The notes under the pieces were generated by a model, which saw only the letters and a program-made list of their open reading frames with translations, made no database searches and was not told where the DNA came from. From positions 362,997-426,996 of the forward strand of contig NW_005434654.1 of the NCBI RefSeq assembly GCF_000315625.1: a stretch of 64,000 nt of DNA, read 5' to 3'. Source of the DNA: Guillardia theta CCMP2712. Taxonomy: Eukaryota > Protista > Cryptophyta. A program made the translations under genes and the position numbers. Every line of letters begins with the position of its first letter. The first letter of the stretch is position 1. Positions 24,801 through 34,748 of this stretch are shown here, piece by piece.

Positions 24801-27800
24801 CCGTCCTCGGCATGACCCTCTTCGGCGGCATCCTCTCCCTCCCGCCCTCCCCCGACAGGCTCCAGGTGGGTGCACGATGCTACTGCAGAGTCCCCTCCAT
24901 GCCTATCCCAGCTGGCTCGTTGTTTGCGGGGCATCCGTGCACGATACGGGAGGTCGACCTGACGAGGAGGAGCTGCCAGTACGTGGTGGAGACAAGGATC
25001 AGCTCCTCCTCCCTTGGCAGAGCCAGCATGACGTACAGGGCCTGCTCGGTAGAGGATGCAGGTGGTGCGCGGGGGCAGGAGGTGGTGATCGTGGGGGTGA
25101 GTCCGAGGGCGAACTTTGACTCGTTCACCAACGCGCTAGTCAGCGTCTTCATCCTCTGGACGCTGTCCAACTGGGAGTCCACAATGCAGCTAGCTGCCTC
25201 CCAGCTCGGCTGGGGGGTTAACTTTTACTTCTACAGCCTCATCCTCTTCGGCAACCTCCTCATCGGAAACTTCCTCTTCGCAGGTGCTCGATGGTTCCCT
25301 CCCCTCACTCCTTACCACTTCTGCTCCCTGCGTTTCCCTCTCCTCTCCTCTCCTCTCCTCTCCTTCTCCTCCTCCTTCTGCACTCTCTTCCTTGTCCTGG
25401 CTCTCCTAATCTCTCCTTTCCCTTCCATCGCGCCATTCCTCTCCTTCTCTCATCTGAAACTTCTTCTCATCACCAGCCGTCATCGTCGAGTTCCGAGATC
25501 AGCGCAACACCGCGCAGCTGCTGAAGAAGAGAGCAGCGGCAAGGACAGCGCACACCACGTCGACCTCCGCGCAGCAGAGCAGGAGGCAGTCGCTCTCGGC
25601 TGAGGAGTCGAGGAAGCAGAGCGAGTTCAAGAGGCTCGAGGAGCAGGTGACGCAGGACGACAAAGTCCGCAGCCTGTCAGACGTCAGGAGCAGGATCGTG
25701 AGCAGCGGGAGGAGGGCATACAGCAAGGTCAACGACTCTGCGGCGGAGACGACATGCCTGTGTCTGGTGGAGCAGAGCTTCATCAGAAGGGGGAGCACCT
25801 TCGTCGTCTCCCACCGCTACTTCACCGCGCTGATGGTCATCGTGGTCGTCAGCAGCGTCTTCCTCCTCGTCTTCGGCATCCCGTCTGACTTCCGGCAGTT
25901 TGTTGCCGTCGCTTCCCTCAACTCTTTCTTCAACTGGGTGTTCATCGCGGAGTTCGCCATGAAGTGGATCGCTGGAGGCTGCATCCGCTACCTCCGCTCC
26001 CCCGCCAACTTCCTCGAGCTCCTTGTCGCGCTCGCCTCCATCGCCGACGAGTTCAGCTCCATCGCCCTTACCAGCGGCGTCTGGTCCGCCCTCTCTCCTA
26101 CCAAGGAGAGGTTCGCGGAACGAGACGAGAGGTGGACCAACCGAGTCTTTCCTGCCTTTCGCACCCTCCGCGTCTTCCGTATGCTCGACTTCTACCGCCT
26201 CCTGCCTCCCCGCTACAAGTCCCGCTCCCTCTCTACCTGCCTCGATGCTCTAGAGCTCTCGATCCCTCCTCTCCTCGTCTCCTCCGTCATCTCCTTCGTC
26301 ATCCTCGTCGTCTTCAGCCTGCTGGGCATGCAGCTCTTCTCCGGCAGGCTGTGGAGCTGCTCAGATCCGAGGGTGACGCTGAGGGAGGCGTGCGAGGGGA
26401 TGGGGACCACGACATGGCGGAGCAACAAGCTGAGCTTCGACTGGATCGGATCTGCTCTGCTCTCGTCTTTCTCCCTCCTCACCGGACGAGCTTGGGGTGA
26501 TGCGCCTGCTCGAAGCTTGTCGTGGCGATGGTGGAGATGATGGAGATGGAGATGGAGATGGAGATGGAGATGGAGATGATGGAGATGATGGAGATTATGG
26601 AGATTATGGAGATGATGATGTCATGATGATGATGATGACGACGACGATGATGATAATGATGATTCGCCGCTCCACCCTCCTGCTCTGACACTGACGCAGA
26701 CGAGCTCTTCTGGAAGGAGGCTGACGCAGGAGCTGATCCCTATCACGGGATGATTCAGAACGACAATCTTCCTGCTGCTGCTTCCTACTCCATCCTGACC
26801 TACTTCTTCGGCCTCATCTTCATCGTCAAGGTCTACACAGCAGGTGACTCCCCATGGTGTTCCGAGGACTCGATCAATTCTCCTCCTCTGCTCCTCCTCC
26901 TCTGCTCCTCCTCTGCTCCTCCTCTGCTCCTCTCTTCCTCTCCTACTCCTCTCCTCCTCCTTTTCCTCACGTTTTTCTTCTCGTCCTACACAAATCTCCT
27001 CCTTTCAACCTCTCCTCCTCCTCCTCCTCCTCTGCACATCTTCGTTCCTTCCTCTCTTGCTGACCTCTCCTTCAGTCCTCGTCGACACCTACGCCAGCGT
27101 CAACCTCTCGACCCCCTGGCCCATCCCCGCGAAGCCGAAACGCGCCGCCATCTCCGAGTGGGACGTGGGTGCGGAGCTCAAGGACCGGAGGAGGCAGTGG
27201 CTCTTCGACCAGCTGAGAAGGTTCGAGGTCGAAGTTCTGGTGACTTCCCTCGTGCTAGTCAACGTCGTCTTCATGTCTCTCGACAGCTACAAGTCAGCTG
27301 GGCAACAAGCTGGGGTCTCGCTCTCAGCTGACTTCTTCTTCGGCTTCACCTTCAGCGCCGAGGCGATCGCTCGGATCTTCGCGGGTCATCCGAAGCTCTA
27401 CATGAGAAGCCCCTGGAACCGCTTCGACTTCCTCCTTGTCCTCCTCTTCTTCCTCGGCGCTGCTATCAACTTCCAGCAGAGATTCGCCTCCTCCTTTGAC
27501 CTCACCTTCACCCGCAACCTCCGCCTCATCCGCGTTGCCCGCTTCCTCCGCCTCCTCAAGAGCTTTCGCCTCGTTCGCCTCCTTCAGTGGATGGTTGCAG
27601 TGGTGAACGTCATGAGGAGAACCATCCCAATCGTCGCCTCCCTTGCCTTCATTTTCTTCGTCTTCCTCTTCGTCTCCTCCGTCGTCGGCAACAAGCTCTA
27701 CGGCCACCTCTGCATCCAGGGCGACGATACGCTGCGCTGCCAGCTGATGGATCAGAGTCTCCTCCTGCCCCGCCACCAGAACTTCAAGTACTTGGTGAGA

Positions 27801-27834
<34 letters not shown>

Positions 27835-29267
27835 CCTGCTCCTCCTCCTGCTCCTCCTCCTCCTCGTGCTAGCCGAACCTCCCGTTCTTTCACCTCATCC
27901 AATTCTTCTTCTCCTCCCTCTCTCAATCTTCGCATCAACCTCGAGCAATTCTCAGGACCTCATCCTGCTGCTCCACCTTGCTCCCTCCTTGCTCCCTCTT
28001 CTCCTCTCTTATCTCTGCGCAGAGCACCGGCATGACCATGCTGGCGGTCATGGCGACGCTGGACGGTTGGGTGGAGAAGATGAATCTCTTCGACCTCAAG
28101 GCCGGCAAGCGGCTACCCGGCGCCTTCCTCAACGCTACTCTCCTCCTCTCCCAGCTGCCGCTCCAGCAGGAAAAGAACAGCGTCCTCGGACAGATCAGGC
28201 AGCTGCTCCCTGTCTGCCTTCTCCAGGAGGAGGCCAGGAGCCTCGAGGCCAGCGGCCTGATCACCTGCTACGACGACGCCTCCCATCGCATCCCCTGCCA
28301 GGGCACCTGCTCGCAGCTCGGCTCTGCCGCTTCCCTCTTCGTCGTCTTCATCGTCGTCTCCAACTTCGTCATCCTCCAGCTCCTCATCGCGTTCCTCATG
28401 GACCTGCTCCGAGGCCCCGTCGGCAGCACCAACTACGACAGCAGGAGGATACGGGTGGGAAGCAGCGTCCTGCTGACCCGGGACCTCAAGAAGGCCCTGA
28501 GAAGGTGGCACTGGAAGTCCAGGATGTCCCGCATGTACGCGCATGCTACCGAGAGGCCCCGGTTCCTGGCCCACCAGCAACTCCTCGCTGCGCAGGAGGA
28601 GAGGAACCGCCTCGACCGCCGCCTGAAGGAGAGGAAGAGAAGGGAGGGGTGGAGGGACAGCAGGAGCATGCGGGTCCCCTCCCATCTCCGCACTCCTACC
28701 ACCCCTGCTAGGACCTCAGCTCTAGGTTCGGGGCGGGACCAGGAGCTGGCCCAGCAGGACTATGACACCGTCCTTGTCATTCCCAGCTGGGACGACCCGG
28801 TGTCAAACCAGGGGAATGACTGGGAGGTCAGGAGCGTCAGCTCCCGCCCCTCCTCCGTTCGCATCGGGGAGAACTTCCTGTTGCCCTCCTCGTTGACCAG
28901 CAGCCTCTGCTTCCTTGACAGGCAGCCTACTGCGGGAAGGAGGTACCAGCAGGAGCAGGACGGGGAGGAGGATGGGGGCCCGGAGGTGGAGAAGGAGGAG
29001 GGAGGAGGAGGGGAAGTGGAGGGAGGACAGGAGAGGCAGGAAGCCCATCGATGGAAGGTGATCGTGCATGAGGTGACGGAGGAGGAGGAGGGGGAAGGTG
29101 GGGAGGAGGAGGAGAAGGAGGGTAGAGGAGGGATGCGGAGCAGAGAGCTGCACCCTCCTCTCCTCATCAACGCCCTCGACTCGGGAAGTGACCTGACGAC
29201 GTTAAGGACGGGGCCCTCTGAGGGCGAGCTCCTACAGCAGGACTTGAATCTTCCGTTCTTCCTATGA
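20056..29267 (+). CDS. Four-domain (24-TM) voltage-gated cation channel alpha subunit, Cav/Nav/NALCN superfamily (multi-exon)
   Basis: Four S4 segments (LRSIRAVRPLRILSR; LRILRLLRILRLARLIR; FRTLRVFRMLDFYR; RNLRLIRVARFLRLLK), S3 motifs (ENVVDF, LNIVDI, ANFLEL, WNRFDF) and four pore loops (FDNF..TMSGW; NFDSF..TLSNW; SFDWI..TGRAW; HQNF..TLDGW). Confidence 0.92.
21836..21963 (+). repeat. Compound tetranucleotide microsatellite (CAGC)n-(CAGT)n in channel intron 1
   Basis: Directly visible tandem repeats. Confidence 0.95.
26527..26662 (+). repeat. (GATGGA)n/(GAT)n microsatellite in a channel intron
   Basis: Directly visible tandem repeats. Confidence 0.9.
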
Positions 29268-29373
29268 TGGCTGGAGGGAAAGTCTACGCTCCCCTGCTCC
29301 TGCTCCTGCTCCTGCTCCTGAACTTCCTCGTTGATGAAGCTCACCAGTGTAAAGTACATGTACAGACTACTTG

Positions 29374-31829
29374 TTAACTCTCCTTCCTCGTCTTCATCCT
29401 CGATTCGATCTCTTTCACAAGGCCTCCGCTCACGTAGCAACCCCGCAGGTCCAAAGTCTGTGAAGCTCTCAGTCCATCTCCTCCTCCCTCCCTCCTCCTC
29501 CTCCTCCTACCTGTAGCTTCTTGCAGTGATCGATGACGGCAGTGACGGACGTGTCTGTTATGGCAGTATTCCCTGCTTGTACGTTACTCCCATGATAGGA
29601 AGAGGGAGCAAGAGGAGAAAGGGGAGGATGAAGAGAGGATAAAGAACATGTAAAGGTCAGAGAAAAGAGGGAAGAGGGAAGAGGGCAGAGTGGAGGAGGA
29701 GGAGGAGGAGACTTGGCAAAGGAGAGCGGGAGGAAGGAAAAGGAGGGAAAAGGAAGAGAGGCGAGGAGGAGGGTGGAAGCAAAGGGCTGAAGGAGCGCAG
29801 ACAGACAGAACTGCAGGCAGTGGGAGGAGGGAGGGAGCGGCCTATCATAACCTTGCACACTCAGCTTTTTGAGCAAAGGGTTGGACTTGGCGATGGCAGA
29901 CAGGCCGGCATCAGTGATTCCTGCATGTCAAACACAAGCTCACAACACGACCGAGGCAGCAAAATCAGCAGTCAGCACCAGGGCAGGTGTCCATGAGCAG
30001 AGTCTGCAGAGATCTGAACCATCGTCAGTCCTCTGCCTCCTCCTCAGGCAGGGGCAGACCGGAGGTGTTGGCTGGCTTCTATCAACGCTTGATCAGATAT
30101 CAAGCGGCTGTGTGAAGGTTCAGGCAAAGAAGTGGAGCGACAAGGGTGGGATATGGATGGCAGCGGAGAGGGTGTGAGCAAAAAGGTGAGGAGGGAGGTG
30201 AGTGGTACGCGCGAAAGTGAGCACGAGATAGATGGACGTGTGTGGACAAAGAAAAGATGGAGACTGTCGAGTCATGGGGAATAGGAGAGGAGGGAGAGGA
30301 GGAGGAGGAGGAGGAGGAAACGACGAGGACGACCATTGGCTGATCGCCAGTGCAGTCAGCGTCGTGTTCGCTCTCAGAGCCCTTCCCAGCCATCTCAGCG
30401 TATGTCCCCGACAACAGCTCAGTCTACTCACCTGACAAGACAGGCATCGTTGACGTACTGACAACATGATATGTCCAGAGTCTGTTGCACAGACAACAAT
30501 CAGCTGAGCGAGTAATCCTGCAGCGGTAGCTTTCCTCGAGTCGGAGCGAGGCAGCCCCGGGGCCCCCGGGCCCCTCCCCGGCCATGGCGAGGAGAGTGGC
30601 TTCGGCTGCCTGCGTGTCTTCCAGGTGAAGTTCTGACAGGAGGGGACAGGAAGCGATGATTCTTGACAGTGAGAAGTCCGAGATCCTACTGGCTCCACCC
30701 GTCAGCTGCCTGCCCCCTGCCCCTGCCCCTGCCCCTGCCCCTGCCCCTGCCCCTGCCCCTGCCCCTGCCCCTCCTCCGCTTCCCTCCTCCCTCCTTACCT
30801 GCAGCCGCACAGGTTCAGGCACTTGATCCGCCGCTGCATCTGCGCGAGGAACCCCGCGAACAGGTCTCCCAAGGGGCAGTATGCGCACTGAAGGACCTCC
30901 ACCTTCCCTCCTCCCTCCTCCGAGAAGAGGTGCCAGAACGCGCCCTCGTCGAGGTAGCAGCGAGTCACGTCAAGCACCCTCAGTGTGCCTCGGTGCTTGC
31001 GGAGGATGGAGGAGACTCCGACATCGGTGAGTCTCCTGCAGTCCCTGACCCTCAGCTCCTCCAGCCCCCGACTCTTCTCGCAGAGGTCCAGCAGAGGAAT
31101 GTCCGACAGGTACTTACAGCCTGAGATGTCCACCCTCCTCACCGCCTTTCCGTACTTCTTGATGTGCCACAGGAACTCGAGGTCTTCAATCTTGGGAGCC
31201 GAAGTCAGGTCCATGGCGCCCACTAGGCTCCTTGCACGTAGAAACGCCACATACCAGCTCCTACAAACACAGGAGAGGGGAAATAGCATGTGCACAGACG
31301 GCAGGAACCGCATTACCCGCACCAATAGCTCTATCCTCTTCACCATCACTTCTGTTATACCCTGATAGGTAGCAACCCCACGGGTCATCAATTCCGTGTC
31401 GTTAGCATCCAAAGTCTCTTCAGATTGCGATTCGTTGTCCTTTAGCCTCCTCCAAACTTCTTCCACCACTTGCTTCAGTTTCTTCCCCCCTATCCGCTTC
31501 CGCAACCCGGGGACTCTCCAAACAGCATCCCAAACTGTCTCATCATCTCCGGCTTGTGGGGAAGACAGAGGATCATCATCCTCGTTCTTGTTCCCGTCCT
31601 CGCCCTCGCCCTCGCCCTCTTCCTCCACCAGCCCCATCCTCCTCATCCGGGACAGGAGCGTCGCTGCCATCCTGCAGTCGGGGGAATCACAAGCCTGCCT
31701 CAGGTTGTACCCCACCCCCTGGGATGAACCTGTCCCCAGAAGGGGTGGAAGCTGGGAAGGCAACAACAAGCGAGCCCACCTCAGGTATGCACAGAAATCC
31801 CTCATTGTAGCATTGTACCATAACCCCAT
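29374..31829 (-). CDS. F-box/LRR protein (FBXL/AMN1-like; multi-exon)
   Basis: F-box-like LLVRVMRFLPSVHMLFPLSCVCRSWY followed by cysteine-containing LRRs (VRRVDISGCKYLSD, LEELRVRDCRRLTDVGV, IKCLNLCGC, ITDTSVTAVIDHCKKLQ|TLDLRGC). Start codon uncertain. Confidence 0.82.
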
Positions 31830-32885
31830 CAAGTACTACCGCAAAATATAAAAAATGGCTATCATAAAACTATATTAGAAGATATTACGGATATGGACAT
31901 ATTACAATATTTTAAAATTGTTGTAGCAGTACAAAGTGAATTTTGGGACAATGGTACAACAACACGAAATTTTAACTAGATTCATTTTTCTTTTATAATA
32001 TCCAATCCAACTTTGAATTTTATAGGAATAATTTTTCAAAGTTTATTACTTACAAGTAATTTATAAAAACAGTTTTTGGGCTCACCAAATGTCCAGGGGC
32101 GAACTCCCTACCGCCATGCAGCCTCCCGCTGCTCCCGCTGCTCATCACTTCCTGCTCTCTCCCCTCCTCCTATCTTTGATTTAGATCCTCCCTACCTCTC
32201 GCTTCCCTGCTTCCTCTTCCATGCAATGTGCCTGCTCGTTTAGTTGCCTCCTGCCCCCTCCCTCCAGTGTCAGACATTGCACGGTATGTTTGTACAATCA
32301 TCACCTACTCAACCATGGCGTGTTTGTTCTCACCCTGATCTGTGCTACCTCACTGTATCACATCCATTCGTAAACATTATGATGCGATTTGCACTTTGCT
32401 ACGAATCCCTTGAAGTTTGCATCGCGCTTGATCAGAACAAAGTACAGTTATTGATCGAAGTAGTCGGCACGATCGCAAGAAGCGCGGTGTTTTGTCCTTC
32501 CTTTAGATTTTGCTTCAAAACCTTGACGATTGTTTTTATTTCTGTCATATTTCCTGTATCACAGTTGCATCTGAAAGCACAGCAGGGTACTGGATTAGCC
32601 TGGGGAGAGCGGTTGGGGCGATGCTTTTCTCGCGGACTTAGCCCATTGCGCCTTGACGCAAGTTCTTGATGGAACGTAGCCTGCAATTGAGGAGCTGATA
32701 CACTTCAGGCTGCTGAAGCCAGAGGAACTATCAACAAGAACAACTCTCAACAGTTTACCCGTTTTTTTTTGAATCGTCGAGCCTTATCGTATCGTCGAAG
32801 CCAGTCGGCAGTGACCACGATCGTGGTTCCTATCTGATCTGCTGAAGCTTCTCATCTTTGTGCTCGGCTGCTTCATTTCTGTACC

Positions 32886-34542
32886 ATGAACGCGTTTTTG
32901 AAGCCGGATGAAGAGAGGGAGCCTCGCCATTCCCTCCAGTCCAACATTTCGTCTGAGGCCGACGGGGATTGGGAATTCGTTCCCTCCCCTGGGCTGCTAC
33001 CCACGGTAGGACAGCGAGGAGATGGTGGGAACCTTTGCTGAACGAAGTGCCTCAGGATCATGCCATCGGATCTTCCAAACAGCAGATGCTCCCTGTTGAA
33101 ATTTTGCAGAGAGCCGGAGACTGGATCCAGTGGGGACTTGACGGTGCTGTGAAGGGAGTGGAACGAACCTGCGATGGTGAATGCTGAAGGAGCCACGTAG
33201 CTGAACCTGACATGTCGCTGCAGGAATCAATGGCCTTTGGCATTACAGAAGGGTCAGTGAGGAGCGGAGGGACGCTCTAGAGCTGGCTTCGAGGCAACAG
33301 TGGAAGCTGATGGAGATTGAACAACAGCGCATCAAGTTGATCAGACGCGCGTTGTTAGCAACAGCTCATCATCCTGTCGCAGGGAGCAAGAGAGAGCTCA
33401 ACAGGAAGAGATGAAGCGGAAGACAGAACTTGAAGACCAGATGCGAGTTGTGCAGAGGGTGAGCGGATTGCGAAACTTTCCACGTTTTCACTGATTGCGT
33501 TGTCAGGTGAAGAAACAACGAGATGAAGCTGATGCAAGACTCCGTGAACAGGAATCGCTGCTGAAGCAAGGCAAGCCGTTGGTTGAAGACAGAAACCCGA
33601 AGACTGACCAAACGCTTGCAGCTGCCAAGATCGGAAAGGATCAAAGTCAGGAATTGGAGAGGTTACGCATTGAGGCCGAGCAGCGGTAAGGAATGTACTC
33701 CCCTCCCATTCTTCTGAGTTGGAAATCATCAGAAAGTTCCAAGAAGCTGCTGCGCTGTCTGCTCTCGATGAGCTGAGAGAGCGTCAGGTAGCCGATGCCT
33801 CTGTTGTCACTGTAGTGTGTAATGACAAAAATGCTGGCCCAGCACCTTGCACAGGAGGAGAGCCGCGAGAAGGCACGGCTGCTGAAGGAGAGAGAGCAGG
33901 AGCTTCATCGCCAGCAAGAGCAGCACCAGAAGGAACTGCAGGCCCTCGAGTGCGTCACAAGCTGGCTGTGCATGTCCTCGCCCTGACGGCTGGCCAGGGA
34001 GAAGCTTGAGAAGATGAAGGAAGCTATGGAAAGCCAGGCGAACTCAAGTGCCAACAGGTAACTGAGATGGGCTGGTGAGAATGAGCTGGGAGTCTGACTG
34101 AGATCTCAGGCGATCGTGGAGGAACAGCTACGGCAGTGAGGAAGGGAACGAAGACAACTTCCCGGACGAGTTCTACTGCTCTATTACACTGGTATGAACA
34201 TGAGCTAGGGGATGGTTGTTAGGCTGATTCTGAATGAGCAGGAAGTGATGAGGGAGCCCGTGCTTGCCGCCGACGGGTTCAGCTATGAGAAGGCAGCCAT
34301 AGAAGACTGGTTCGCCAAGGGGCATCGGACGTCTCCAAAAACGGGTTTGCCTGATCTCTCGCTGGTTTCAGCCTGCAATTGACCAAGCGGCGCAGGAGCT
34401 CAGATGAAGAACACAGAGCTGCAGGTGAGATCTGGAGGGCGGTGAGGAGAAGGGGAGATACTTACTGTTGGGGCAGCCGAATCTAGCGCTCAGGAATCTG
34501 ATCCAGGGAAAGATCAAGCAGCGAGTTGCGGCGGAACAGTAG
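32886..34542 (+). CDS. U-box E3 ubiquitin ligase with coiled-coil region (multi-exon)
   Basis: C-terminal PDEFYCSITL|EVMREPVLAADGFSYEKAAIEDWFAKGHRTSPKT...PNLALRNLIQ is a U-box; E/R/Q-rich coiled-coil exons lie upstream. 5' end uncertain. Confidence 0.85.
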
Positions 34543-34748
34543 AGCGAAGGACTTTGTTGTTTGTCGCAAATGGCCAATCTGTACTTTACGTGCCTTGAAT
34601 AAGCTGGAAAGAAGTCCTGAGCTCCTCCTGCTGTCTGACCTTCCATGATGGACTATCATCAAACAGCGAATATGGTGTGCCTCCTCCCAATCTGTCAAGT
34701 CAATGCCTTGTACAGTTGTCCTGTGTCATGCTGCTGGCCTGGCTGGCC

